DNA of 64,000 nucleotides from Macrostomum lignano (GCA_002269645.1 NIVC01000592.1:457213-521212); one strand, 5' to 3'; counted from the stretch's first letter, positions 25,700 through 39,020 are shown. The notes: a model not told the origin generated them from the sequence alone. Numbers and translations: made by a program.

Positions 25700-28600
25700 G
25701 AATTAGCAATTGATATAGATTAGTTGCATGCTACTACAAATAAACATTAAAATAAACTATTGGAGAATTTTAAATGAGAAATTGCAAGGAAAACTGCAGT
25801 CCAATGGCCTTTTTGCGGGACCACTTAAAACTAGCAACGTCACACCATTGTCTTACCTATGCATTATCTTGTCTACCTACTACCTCTATTCTACTAGACC
25901 TACTAATACTAACCTAAATAACTCTAACTGCTAGGCCTACCTTATGTTAGCCTATGTCATTAGTTATTTGTCAATCATTTACTATTTAGTATTTAGGCCT
26001 GTTGCTATTTTATTTTATGCTATTATATTGACTTTCATTGGCATTAGAGCAATGGATAATTTTATTTAAATTAAACTAATATATAGGGGCCTATACATGT
26101 TTTTTTGCAGTTTGTTCTAACATTCATACCAATTTTAAAATCTAGCTCAGGAAAGATTTTTCATGAAAATAAGTTTTATAGAGTAGGCCATAGTCCAGAT
26201 CATAGCAGGGATACCAGAATAAAAATTCATGTTTTTTCCATTTTATGCCAATGTAAAATTGAAAAAAAATTTATGCTAAGCCCAGAGTTGCTTGTACACC
26301 AATTTTTTTTAAAAGAATATACATTAATATAAATAAAACAGTTTTTTTACTTAGCCTTGGCAGCTTTTTGCTGAAACTAATAGGGCCTATTCTTTGTTTT
26401 AATTTTGTTTTTCTCATAAATTTCATAAATATTTTTTACTTTAGTTTCCAATTATATTTAAAAGAGCTTCTATTGGTTGATATTTAACTACACAATTAAA
26501 TTAGCCCTGACACAGATATTTATGCCAAAAATGCCAAAAACTATTTTTCTATGCCAAAAATTCTATATGCCAAGGGTACACCAAGATTGTCAGCAAGAAC
26601 AGCCAGATTTTTCTAGCATAAAGGCTACCTTCCAGATTATTGCCTAGTGTCTAGCCTTTCAGGCTAACTATTTTTATAAGTAAAGCTATGTCTTACATTT
26701 TATATTTAATGTTTTAAAAGTTTTTTTTAAGTTTGTTTTTTTGTGCCTAAATTATAAATTGGAATTAGTCAAATAGATTCTAAAATCTAAAACTAGGCCT
26801 TAGGCTTAGCCTATCTAAGATTAAATAGGCCTTCTTTATAGCACTTTTATTTAAAATAGAGAAACTATTTTTCTAATTTTTCTAATAAGCTGAATATGCT
26901 TTTTATTTTAAAAAGCTTTATTTTACTTTATATTGAGATGGAAAGCCTTTTTTCCATCAAATGGCAGCAAAGATTTTTGTGCTGCTTTGCGCATATATTT
27001 ATATTTACACAAACTATACAAGATTCATAAAGGGCCTAGGGAGGTGCAAATAGGTAGCATGGCCAACCCCCCTGGCTTAGCAAGCCAGCTAGCCTGGTGC
27101 GCAACTACCCCACCTTAGCTAGACAAAGGTTGGGAGTTTTCAATGCAGCTGCACTGGTGCTACCTGTTATGTACAGTCTGGCTACCACATAGCCCCCCCC
27201 CTACCAAGCTAGGCCCCAAATGTTGGGCAGTAGCCAAGGCAGTGAGAGTGCTAAGAAGCAGATGCCAAAAGCCAGGTGCCAAAGACCATGGAGTTGCAAA
27301 GGAGTAGGCACCAAAATCAGCCAAGTGCCAAAAATAGCAGAGGTACAGCCAGATCACACCTAAGGCAATTGATAGTTGCCACCATAAGCTGGGTCTAGGT
27401 TGCCACCAAAAACACAATTTTGGGTAAACGGCAGGAGTAACTATGATTGTCTTATAAGGGCTAAATGCTTTATTATCTAATTAGTACTATTTCTATATTC
27501 TTTAGGCTGGGAATTTTTGCAACTTACCCTTGGTCCACCACAATTTACAGTGGCCAGATCAGCTAGGTCGGCCAGCAATTGCGCATGTATGCTGGGGATG
27601 TTAGTCTAGCAGTAGTGGTGCTAACCTAGAATTAGTTGCAATGTGTGACGCTGGTTGGTCCAATATGGGGGCTAAAAGGCAAGACCCCAGGAGCTACCAG
27701 GGGCAAGCTGACTGGGCCAATTTGTGCTACAGGGTACTGCCATGGCTGCTAGGCTGCAATGCTGCTGGGCTGTGGTACTGCTGTGCTGCTATGTTGCTGT
27801 GTTGCTGTTGTAGTAGGCCAAAGCAGTTGGCTGCCAGGACTGCACAGGGCTGACCAGGTATTTTTTATTATTATTAGAGGCAGGGTGGTTGTGTGCACCC
27901 TGGTTGTTAGGCATGTACACTTCACTGTGCCTTGGGGGGTTGGCTCTCAAGGCCATTAATTGCATAAGCAGAGCCAAGCGGAGATTCCAATTCAGCCCCA
28001 AATTAATGTGACTGCACTTGGAATCAAGCCTGGGTTGCTGGCTGATGAGGTATGCCCAATGTTCCATGCTGGGAGTTGGGCTTACCAATGAGGCAGAAGG
28101 CCTTTTTATTTCAATAGATAGAATGGCAGCAAAGATTTTTGTGCTGCTTTGTGCATATATTTATATTTACACAAACTGCGAGAGATTCATGAAGGGCCTA
28201 GGGAGGTGCAAACAGGTGGTGTGGCGTGATAGGCTATGCCCACCCCCTGGCTTAGAGAGCCAGCTAACCTGGTGTGCAACCACCCCACCTCAGCTAGACA
28301 GAGGTTGGGAGTTTCCAGTGCAGCTGCACTGGTGCTGCTAGCTGTGTGCAGTCTGGCCACCACATTTTTTTATTATTGTCTTTTTGACAACTTTAAACAA
28401 GGGTTTAATTATGTATGAATTTAAATTTAGATTGTTGAATACTGACATAAGTTAAAATATTCATATTTTTTATAGTATAGCTAATATAATAAATTCATGA
28501 AATTAGATTTTTTAAAATTATATTTTAAGTAAATCAGTTTAATGAGATGAAGAATGATTTTATTAAGTATAAAAATGTTAAAACATTTATTATATTATTA

Positions 28601-30600
28601 TAAATAATGTTCTACTGCCATAGCCATACCAAAGTTTATTATCCCATTTCTGTAACCACAATTCATTATATTTTAGATGGTCAAATTTTCATATTCCAAA
28701 TTTTCTTATAGCCATATTATAAATTAACAAAACCGCTGATTTTCCAAAGCAAAAAGCAAAATGTGAACCCTGTTGTATTGTGTGACTCAGTGGGTATACA
28801 TTGAGTACACTCACTGTTTTATTTTATTGATTGACTGACAATGTTTCATTGAGTGTGACTAGTGTGCGCATTCTTTTAAAACCCCTTGTGATGTAGTTAT
28901 CTAGCTTAGAGTATAAAAATGAAATGAAAATAAAAAAAATATACTTTTCTTTACAAAAAAAAGATTTTAAAAAATTATATTGTTACAAGAAATTATGTAT
29001 GGTACTCCAAATCTCTTTAATGTATAACCATAACTGCCAATTGGCAAGATCTCCATAGCCGCAATCAAGTTCTGCCCTAATTTTCTTATAACCATAGCCT
29101 TAATTATGGTAGAACACTAATTATAGGTTACCAAAAAGCATCAAAACAATTTTTAGACATTATTATATTAGTTTTTATTATAAAATATATTTTTTATTTG
29201 GTTTTGTCATTATTGGTCTATATATTTTTATTTTTATTGTTAAACTTTTAGAAAGATATTAATAGTATTCAAGTTTTATTATATATTTTCTTGAATTAAA
29301 GCATTTTGCATTGACATATTATAAATTTTACATTTATTTAAATATAAATTTTAGGAATAGTCTAATTAGTAATTTATTGAAATATTTGTTTTCATCATTT
29401 TAAAGTCTTCAATTTTTATTGACATTTTTCATGTGTATTATAAAAATATTTTTTATTCAATTTATTTAAATCTTTCTAAGAAAATCTAAAAAATTAAAGA
29501 TTTTATTTTTGAATGACTTTTTGTTTCTTTTTTATATTTTTATATTTTATTTTTATTATACTTTTTTAATTAGCTTTCTCACAATTGGCGCATATATTTT
29601 TATTATATTGCATATAGTTTATATACCCATGGAGAAGGTTGTTGATGTATAATTAATTTGTTTTCACCAGTTATTTATAGATATAAGCAAATAAATAACT
29701 ATATGCATTTTATATTTCTTTTTTCCACATTAGTTTATTAGTTCTATTACTATTTGTATCATTATTGTTGCCAGATTTTTTTATTCTATTGATTTTCTTC
29801 TCTACACTGTGATACCAAAACATCCAAAAAACGTCTACTGAACATCCACAGTGTGGCTATATACAGATGTTAAAATGTCCATATTAATAGAACATCCATA
29901 TTAAAACATCCATATTAATGTCCAAAAAAATTCCAAAAAAACATCTGCAACAAAGCTATATACAGACGTTGCAAACATTACAGACCATAATATCCACAAT
30001 TTTGGATGTTTTCAGAATGAAATAAAGAAAGCAAACTAATGCAAAACTGTTTTGCTTTTAGATTTTTTACTATTCCAAAAAAATGCATTTTAATGACAAA
30101 TTGCTGTGTGACATCAATCAATTGAAGGCAAAATAACTCACCTCTGTGGCAATATATAAAAAATCACACAATTTAACATTTTCAACAATTCATGCAAAGC
30201 ATAAATAAAAAAATGTAATAGAAAAGCTGCAGCTTCCTGGCCAAAAAATAAACCAATTTAAAGTTGCAACAGAAAATTAGCATATTTAGATAGCTGTAAG
30301 ACAAGTTTTTAAATGCAAAAAATGTATTTTGATATTTGTGCACAAATAAGTCATGATGCACCATGCAGGGGCGAGGCAAGGTGGGGGAAAGTTTTTGGCA
30401 GGCATTTTGCTTCATGAAATATAAAAAATTGAAATCTGTATACCTATTTCCCCCATTTGACTATGCACCTGTTATACATAAGTGCATAATTATAAACATG
30501 AAACATCAAATAAGAAACAAAAATGAAAAAGTATACATACTTGGCAAAAATTTTTTTCATATGCATGCAACATTTAATGTCGTGGCAGCTTGCACTTGGA
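25700..30600. other. CpG-depleted, transition-riddled relic repeat zone
   Basis: No CG seen by eye between about 25840 and 26990, and very few in the GC-rich 27000-28370 part. Two copies of one repeat differ mainly at CG/TG/CA/TA positions. Confidence 0.8.
26930..28370 (+). repeat. Dispersed direct repeat pair (about 26930-27190 and about 28100-28370)
   Basis: Both carry ATGGCAGCAAAGATTTTTGTGCTGCTTTG...GAAGGGCCTAGGGAGGTGCAAA...GCAGCTGCACTGGTGCT. Confidence 0.9.
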
Positions 30601-31008
30601 CTTAACACTTTCCTATAATCCCTTATACGTGCGTTGCACTTCTTTCACTGCCAATGCACACACGCAACTACCAAATGCACATCTCATGCAGCCACTGCTT
30701 CTCTTCAGTCTGCGCACCCCAGCAGCCTTTCCATGCCACGTAATCTCTCCACAATGTCCGCGCATGTGAAAGCCGCCACAATTATAATACTTGCATGCAA
30801 ATTAAGAATTTATCAACGTATATAATAAAAACCTGGAAATTGAATTCGGAAAACTGCAGCAGTGAAAGTTGTAAAAACGCCAATAAAAGTAGCTGCGCTG
30901 CTACCCTGCACTTGACAACAGTAGAGAAGTAAAAAATGCGCATAACACTTAGCGGAACATGTCAATAACAGTTGCTGCCATATGGCGTGAAATAGATGTC
31001 CTATGACA

Positions 31009-31899
31009 TGAGGTGGGGGTGGAGAAGAAAATAAAAATTTTGAAATTGGGAAAATAAAATTTGGGTTTGTCGTCGGCATGTAAAGCCGGAAAATTGTACA
31101 AATTGATGCGTTGATTCTTCTCCTTGGTTACTCCATCTGCCGGGTCCTCAATTCCAGGGGGAGGGTAGTCGTAATCATAGTCGAGCAGTCTAGTAGCAGC
31201 CTGAGTCGTTCAGAATGGGTCCTCAGACACTGTAAACTCGTAGTTCGTCGAATATGCTCGTTTGGTTACTAACAGTAGTAAAGTAGCGCTGCCACCACCG
31301 TAAATGTCGTCTTACGGAACGTTGAGGGTCTCAGAGCTTTCTTTGAGATGAGACTGATTGGTTATTTTACGCCCCGCGGGCAAATGACTCAATTGAAACT
31401 AAAGGCTTCGATTCTGAACAACTGAATAAATATTAGATGTTAGTTGCGGACTTATTATTAGTTCGTTATTATTATTATGATTCGTTATTATAACTACGCG
31501 AGATACAGGAGCAGAACGAAAAGGAGGAAATGTAACAAACAATCAAACCAACAACAACAAGAACCAGTAAAAAAGATGACTCCAAAGTTAACGCATATAT
31601 AACAAATGGCGTGGAGGATCCCAGGGGTGGGACAGAGGATGGGACAAGGGAAGGGACAACGATGGGAAATGAGGAAACCCGGCCGCTGGAAACATTAAAA
31701 CAGCAGAGGCCAAGGGAGGGAACAGAAAAGGGAACAGACGAGGGAGCAAAGGCGGGGACAACCGGGGGAACAAACCAGGGAGCGAAAAATTAAAACATGA
31801 CGTCAATTCGTCATCCTAAGCAATTGGGTGGTATGTCCCGCCGTTGTTCGCGCTGGAGGCCTGCCGTCGTTCACCCCAGTGGTAGACCGGCCTACCACA
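31009..31899 (-). repeat. 3' LTR, 891 bp, uninterrupted
   Basis: TGTGGTAGG...CCCACCTCA; matches 39680-39174 plus 36370-35987. Confidence 0.95.
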
Positions 31900-31949
31900 G
31901 GCGCGGGGGCGCCGGGGCGAACGGCAGCAGACAGCGAACTCCCGGTCGC

Positions 31950-32516
31950 TCAGGAGCGGCGGTCCTGCTTCGCCGGCCGGCCTCGGCGAGCAGGGGCGTT
32001 CGGATCTGACGGCGGCGAGCTTGCGACGCGTGCCTGATGGCTCAGCTGGAGATTGAGCAGCTGCAGGCGCTGCCCGTCAAAAAAGAGCCGCTCCGGGCGC
32101 CTCTCGATGGCGACCTCCCAGAAATGGCGAACTTCGGGCAGCCATCCGCTCTGGAGGTGGCCCGCCTCCCAGTACGCCAGAACAATGAATAAGGCGAGGG
32201 CAGGCCGGGGCCGTCCGCCTTCGCGGAAGCAGGTATCAGCGCGCCGCAGCGTTTCATCGAGAAGCTCCCGCGTGGTCGTGGGCGGCATCTCGCGGCAGAG
32301 TGTCCGCCATGGGGCGTCCACTTGAACGCGGCCCTTGTCGGCCGCCTGGTGGTAGGCCTCGTTGAGCGCGCGGCGAAGCTGTTCACGGGCCGGGGCCGCG
32401 CCGCTCGGGGCATAAGCCAAGGCTCGCAAGGTGTCTGACTCGCTCGACGATAGCCAGGGCGCTTGCAAAAGGAGGTCCGGCGAGGCACCAGCGCTGTCGG
32501 TCCCGTTGTTTGCCAT
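31950..32516 (-). CDS. 188-aa ORF of unknown function inside the LTR element
   Basis: ATG-initiated, GC-rich, non-repetitive, helical-looking ORF; TATA-like TATTTAA at 32617-32611 upstream. Confidence 0.55.
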   Translation of the reverse strand: MANNGTDSAGASPDLLLQAPWLSSSESDTLRALAYAPSGAAPAREQLRRALNEAYHQAADKGRVQVDAPWRTLCREMPPTTTRELLDETLRRADTCFREGGRPRPALALFIVLAYWEAGHLQSGWLPEVRHFWEVAIERRPERLFFDGQRLQLLNLQLSHQARVASSPPSDPNAPARRGRPAKQDRRS

Positions 32517-33529
32517 ATTCGAAGCGGCGGAGCGTGATGCGACAGTCCGAAATATTCAGTTGGCAGGTCGGATCAACAGAATTGGAGAAAATAAATTGGA
32601 AAGGGCTCCTTAAATAGGGCGCAAATATTCCAACTGGTGGAATTTCAAACCAACCAGAGGAAATAAAATTCAACCACTGGAATTGAGCCATCACCCCCGT
32701 GCACTCTAAGGTGGCACACAGAGTTGGGGTGGGCGCATGAATCAAGGAGTCATAGAAATAGATAACCGCGCGGCAGGGGTCCAAAATCTGAATGAATGAA
32801 TGGGGCGCCTCGCACGGTTCACAACAGGCTGGCGGTTAGAGAGAGAGAGGGGGGGCGGAATAATCGCATAAACAGTAGTTTAGAAAAATAGTAAGAACAT
32901 AAGTAGCTCCTAAAATTTGGATAGCAGATAGATACAGGCATAGTGACCGAGTTAGAATTTGGATCTCCATAAGGAGTTACACAAAAGGCAAAAAAGGCAC
33001 TGGGAAGGGGCTGGACAGGCGCCCTTACAAATTTTCCCAGGCTCGGCTCGGTCAGAACAAAGAAAAATGGGGGCCGTTCACCTCAGATGCACTCCGCTGA
33101 GGACAAGGCCTAGAGCCAGGGTGGCTAGAACTGAGCGGGGCAAACGACTGGGGGCACAGAGCAACATTGGCTTGCAAAATTAAGAGATACCTTCAGCCAT
33201 AAGTAAAGACTGCAAGGTTTACAACTGAAATAAAACTTTGCAAAGTTAATGACACGCAATTGAGCAAAATTAATGAATCGCATGCGGATAAATAATTGTC
33301 GCGTAGGTGCTGGCTTTTCCATCAAGCCTAAGGCTAAATATCAGAACGCAGAAGTGCGGGTCGCGTTGAATAAATATGGGCACCAATTGAGCATGAGCAC
33401 AATGTACAAAGGCTTTTGACCGGAAAGCGTAAGGAGCAGAAATTGGAAAAAGTAGTTGCTTTTGCCCTCAAGCATAAGGAAAGTACATTGAGAAACACTG
33501 CTTTTGCCATCAAGCATAAGGAAACGCAA

Positions 33530-34579
33530 CACGATGTTGTGGGTGACCAGGTAGGTTCGGCCGAGATCGTGTGGCCCCTGCGAGAAGATGGTCTTGTACT
33601 TCTTCAATAGCTCGATGACTTGAGCGCGCTGGTCATTGGACAAGTCCTCGCCGATGTCGATCTCTTTGATCCAAGCGTCTGGATCTTCGTCTTGAACTTG
33701 ATTAACTGAAGCTTCTGGCTTCGGCAGCGGAAAGAATTGTAACTCGGGCAGTCTGATTGGTCTAGCAATCCCAACTAGGGCATTCGCTCGCACTTTGATG
33801 GAAGTAGTGCCTCGATTGATCATCTCAATGGCGCCTTCTCCATTGGCCATAGATATTAGGGCAGGCGCGGCGTCCAGTTGCTGCACATCTTCTTCACGCC
33901 GGGCCGGTTTTAGCGGCTCGATCACAGCGGGTGTGCCCTGGTTTTCTTCTCGTCCTTTTGCTAGTTTAATCTTGATTCGGGCTGATGATAACGGCGGCAC
34001 GGTTGTGCTCTCAGCCGTGTAGATTCTGCACGTAGTAGCTTCGGTTCGCGTATAGCGCAGTGGTGCGGCAGTGCCATCCTTGAAAAACAGCATCCCGGCG
34101 GCGAGATCCAGTGATGTACTGTACTTCTCCAGGAACTCGAAGCCCAGGATGTTGTCATGAGATCCCTTCGCTAGCAGGAACTTGACTGTAGGCTCGAAAC
34201 TTCCAATTTTAACTTTGATTGATAGTTGGCCTGCCATTTGAATAGGCTCTCCATTGTAGGTCACAATGCGTTGCAGGCAGGGCTCGATTTGGCCACGCAG
34301 GGTCAGGTCATCGGTACATAGTCGGTGCCAGGTGCTGAATCCTAGGACTTCGCACTTGGAGCCGGTGTCAAGCAGAAAAGCAAAATAACGGCCCTGAATC
34401 TCACCAGTTAGAAACGGATCCCTTCGGGGTCGCTTGGGTGCAGAGTAATGTACAGGTGCAGCGGAGGCGGTCTCAGCAGTGGCCTGCTGAGCGACTAAAG
34501 TCCTCGGCGGGGACCTTAGTGCTGGCTCGGCTGCTGGATGGCGCTGCCCCCGTTGGCGCGTCCAGCCGTCCCGTTTCCC
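33530..34579 (-). CDS. pol: Truncated pol: retropepsin protease plus linker, ending just before RT
   Basis: FAFLLDTGSKCEV active site. QRAQVIELLKKYKTIFSQGPHDLGRTYLVTHNI is the typical pre-RT Gypsy segment, after which unrelated sequence follows. Confidence 0.88.
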
Positions 34580-35919
34580 GAGCTGCCGTTGCGCTGGGGC
34601 GCGGTGCTGGCCGACCGCCGGTGCGGGCACTCATCGGCGCGGTGCTCGCGATGGCACCTGTAACACATAGCGCTCTGTCGCCGCAGCTGATAGGGCGGCG
34701 GGCGTGAACCCGACTGTTGCTGCCGCTGCGGCTGCTGCTGCTGCTGCTGTCGTCGTTGTCCTCCTGCTGGCGGCGTCCTTGGCGGCGGGTTGCTGCCATC
34801 TCGTGGTTGCTGAAGTCGATGGAACCGCTCGTGCTGCACAATCTGTGTGCCGGGTGTCTTGAATTGGGCGCTCTCATCGGCGCTGCGGCGAGGAGTCGAG
34901 GGCACCAAACATCTGTTGCGTTGGCCCCAAGAGTCCTGCGGCTGGTGGCGAGCAGATTCCCAATGCTCCTGGGTGTCGTTATTGCGCGATCCCAGCGAAT
35001 GGAACTCTCGCAGCTCATTGCTCAAAGCTTCTAGTAGACGTCGCTGCTCTTGCAGTGTCTCCGTTTGCTGTTCCATCACTTCACGCAACCAATTCTCCTC
35101 GGGCCGAGATGACTTGTCGTGTTGCACTCCAGTTGGTGACTGACCATCGTCATCCTCGAGGACCCGGACATGTCTCGCTGCTGGCGGCGGTGCTACCCTC
35201 TGAGCCAGGCTAGCTGCTGTCTCCAGGCGTAGCACAGCCCTTCTCGCTGCGGTCAGACTCTGCGGTCGCACCAGGATTAGCTGTTATCTGGCTGACTGGG
35301 CGATTCGCACTCCCACGGTGAACTGGTCCACTAGTTCGGCCTGCTTCTGAACCGGGGTGAAGTGCGGGAACGCTCTATCGGCCAGAGCAATTAATCGATC
35401 GCCGTAGTCATCCACACTCTCATTCTTGCCTTGCTGGCAGCACCGGAATTGCTCACTGTACTCCAGCGTGTCGGCCACGTGTGTGAAGCGCTCGGACAAT
35501 CTCTGCTTGAATTCGCCAAACGTCAGATTGTCCGGCAGTTCCATCCTGACGACTGCGGGATAGGTTGTGGCGATGTCCAAATTCACTAGGACCTCCGCCT
35601 TCTTACGTCTGTCGTCCACGATCCCGTTGAGTTCGCAACGCTCCTCGAGAGCCTGGATCCAGACGTCAAAGTCCTGGTTCGGGGTGTACCGCTGAATCTT
35701 GACCGGTTTCGGCGCCGGAGCTCGGTCAGGCTGTTGGGGCGGCTGATACACGTGGTGATGGTGCTGCGGCTGTCCCAAGTTGGCCTGCTCCAGTCGCCGT
35801 CTCACCTCTTCGGTCACTGCTCGAATCATCTCGTCGTAGGTCGGCCTAGTAGTTGAGTTGTCAGGGCCCGCGGTGTCGGCTGTCGAATCCGCGGCCGTTG
35901 AGTTAGTTGTCGAAGCCAT
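34516..35919 (-). CDS. gag: Gag with one in-frame TAA (35286-35284)
   Basis: MASTTNS...QDFDVWIQALE...QQGKNESVDDYGDRLIALADRAFP (retrotransposon gag motif), continuing in the same frame after TAA to the zinc knuckle CYRCHREHRADEC. Confidence 0.88.
34573..34579 (-). promoter_or_regulatory. -1 ribosomal frameshift slippery site G GGA AAC
   Basis: X XXY YYZ in gag phase; a -1 slip enters the pol frame (GGG AAA CGG GAC). A GCTGGA...TCCAGC stem lies downstream. Confidence 0.75.
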
Positions 35920-35965
35920 GACGTAAATTTTGAACGACTCGTTGAAAGGATTTCGGCGTTTCGTT

Positions 35966-35985
35966 ATCCCACTTAGCTGACACCA
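35966..35985 (-). promoter_or_regulatory. Primer-binding site, tRNA-Leu-like
   Basis: TGGTGTCAGCTAAGTGGGAT one base after the 5' LTR end; resembles the complement of the metazoan tRNA-Leu 3' end (UCCCACUUCUGACACCA). Confidence 0.75.
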
Positions 35986-35986
35986 A

Positions 35987-36370
35987 TGAGGTGGGGGTGG
36001 AGAAGAAAATAAAAATTTTGAAATTGGGAAAATAAAATTTGGGTTTGTCGTCGGCATGTAAAGCCGGAAAATTGTACAAATTGATGCGTTGATTCTTCTC
36101 CTTGGTTACTCCATCTGCCGGGTCCTCAATTCCAGGGGGAGGGTAGTCGTAATCATAGTCGAGCAGTCTAGTAGCGGCCTGAGTCGTTCAGAATGGGTCC
36201 TCAGACACTGTAAACTCGTAGTTCGTCGAATATGCTCGTTTGGTTACTAACAGTAGTAAAGTAGCGCTGCCACCACCGTAAATGTCGTCTTATGGAACGT
36301 TGAGGGTCTCAGAGCTTTCTTTGAGATGAGACTGATTGGTTATTTTACGCCCCGCGGGCAAATGACTCAA
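35987..36370 (-). repeat. 5' LTR, downstream part (384 bp)
   Basis: Matches 31009-31392 with 2 substitutions. Confidence 0.95.
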
Positions 36371-36954
36371 TCCTATATACTAAAAATGAAATGTGTGTCT
36401 CTGTGAGATAGATTTAAGAAAAAACGGCTTAACCGATTTTCTTCAAACTTGCACCATTCGATCAGAAATTTTCCTGGGACGGTACATGCATCTTGGCTAA
36501 GAAATTGCTCAATTTTAAAGGGATTAAATATTCGAAAAACATGCTTTTTTGCAAAGGTCAAGCAGCTCTTTCGACCTGAAATGCATTGTAAGAATGCTAG
36601 AGAAAAAACTGACTGACTGAATTCTGATTCTGACAAAGATTGCATCACAACAAGTTGAAAACAGTGCCGAAGAAATGCACACACGACTTGAATGAAATTG
36701 CGTAACCATATTGGCAACTTAAATTGAGACTGATTCTGGCTGACTGAGAAATTGATTATGTCATAACTTTTTACTCCAATTGACTTGCTGTAAGAATTGA
36801 ATTCAAAGGGCCACAGTTCATGTTCTCAGATTAAAAAGAGATAGCCTAGATGCGAGCAGATTGGACTGGTAATGTAGTGACCTGGGTTCGAATCTTAGTA
36901 GAGCAAAATAATTTTTTTGTTAAAACACCTTCAAAACACAAAATGCTAAACATA

Positions 36955-38400
36955 AAAGGGCCACCATGCCAAGCATATACGCGACTCCATGTCGAACATT
37001 AAAGAGCCACAATGTCAAAAATTAAAGAGCCACCATGTCGAACATTAAAGAGCCACCATGTCAAACATCAAAGAGCCACCATGTCGAACATTAAAAGGCC
37101 ACAATGTCAAACATTAAAGAGCCACCATGTCGAGCATATACGTGACTCCATGTCGAACATTAAAGAACCACCATGTCGAACATTAAAGGGCCACAATGTC
37201 AAAAATTAAAGAGCCACCATGTAAACATAATGGAGCCACCATGTAAAACATTAAAGAGCCCCCATGTCAAACATTAAAGTGCCATCGTGTCGAACATTAA
37301 AGAGCCACTATGTTGAACATTAAAGAGCCACCATGTCAAACATTAAAGAGCCACCATGTCAAACATTAAAGAGCCACCATGTCAAACATTAAAGAGCCAC
37401 TTTGTTGAATATTAAAGAGCCACTATGTCAAACAGTAAAGAGCCACCATGTCAAACATTAAAGAGCCACCATGTCTAATATAAAAGAGCCACCATGTCGA
37501 ACATAAAGGAGCCACTATGTCGAACATTAAAGAGCCACCATGTCAAACATTAAAGAGCCACCATTTCAAACATAAAAGAGCCACCATGTTAAACATAAAA
37601 GAGCCACTATGTAAAACATATATGTGACTCTATATCAAACATATACGTGACTTCATGTCGAACATTAAAGAGCCATCATGCCGAACATTTAAGAGCCACC
37701 ATGTCAAACATATAAGAGACTTTATTTCAAACAAAAAAGAGCCACCATGTTGAACATTAAAGAGCCACTGTAAAACAAAAAAAACATTTCGAACATTAAA
37801 GAGCCACCATGTCGAACATTAAAGAACCACCATGTCAAACATTAAAGTGCCATCGTGTCGAACATTAAAGAGCTACCATGTCAAACATTAAAGAGCCACC
37901 ATGTCAAACATTAAAGTGCCATCGTGTCGAACATTAAAGAGCCCCTATGTTGAACATTAAAGAGCCACCATGTCAAACATTAAAGAGCCACCATGTCAAA
38001 CATTAAAGAGCCACCATTTTGAACATTAAAAAGTCATTATGTCAAACATTAAAGAGCCACTTTGTTGAATATTAAAGAGCCACTATGTCAAACATTAAGG
38101 AGCCACCATGTCAAACATTAGAGAGCCACCATGTCGAACATAAAGGAGCCGCCATGTCGAACATAAAAGAACCACCATGTAGAACATAAAAGAGCCACCA
38201 TGTCTAATATAAAAGAGCCACCATGTCGAACATAAAGGAGCCACTATGTCGAACATAAAAGAGCCACCATGTTGAAAATTAAAGAGCCAACCTGTAAAAC
38301 ATTTAAAAGATTCACCATGTCAAACATATAAGTGACTTCATTTCAAACATAAAAGAGCCACCATGTCAAACATAAAAGATACACAATTTCAAACGTAAAA
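36955..38400. repeat. Degenerate 23-bp minisatellite inside the Helitron
   Basis: Unit ATTAAAGAGCCACCATGTC(G/A)AAC. Confidence 0.93.
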
Positions 38401-38469
38401 GTGAGCGAATTTTAAAGGAGCCACTATAATGCTAAGGAAATGTCGCACTAGCTACTTATTGTCTGGTGG

Positions 38470-39020
38470 ATGCTTGCTATTTGGGGATGCTATCTATCTG
38501 GGGGATGCTTGCTATCTGGGGGATGCTTGCAATCTGGGGGATGCTTGCTATCTGGGGATGCTTGCTATCTGGGGGATGCTTGCTATCTGGGGGATGCTTG
38601 CAATCTGGGGGATGCTTGCTATCTGGGGATGCTTGCTATCTGGGGGATGCTTGCTATCTGGGGGATGCTTGCTATCTGGGGATGCTTGCTATCTGGGGAT
38701 GCTTGCTATCTGGGGGATGCTTGCAATCTGGGGGATGCTTGCTATCTGGGGATGCTTGCTATCTGGGGGATGCTTGCAATCTGGGGGATGCTTGCTATCT
38801 GGGGATGCTTGCTATCTGGGGATGCTTGCTATCTGGGGGATGCTTGCTATCTGGGGATGCTTGCTATCTGGGGGATGCTTGCTATCTGGGGGATGCTTGC
38901 TATCTGGGGGATGCTTGCTATCTGGGGATGCTTGCTATCTGAGGGATGCTTGCTATTTAGGTGATGCTTGCTATCTGGGGATGCTTGCTATCCGGGGGAT
39001 GCTTGCAATCTGGGTGATGT
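38470..39020. repeat. 17/18-bp minisatellite inside the Helitron
   Basis: Unit GGGG(G)ATGCTTGCTATCT. Confidence 0.95.
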
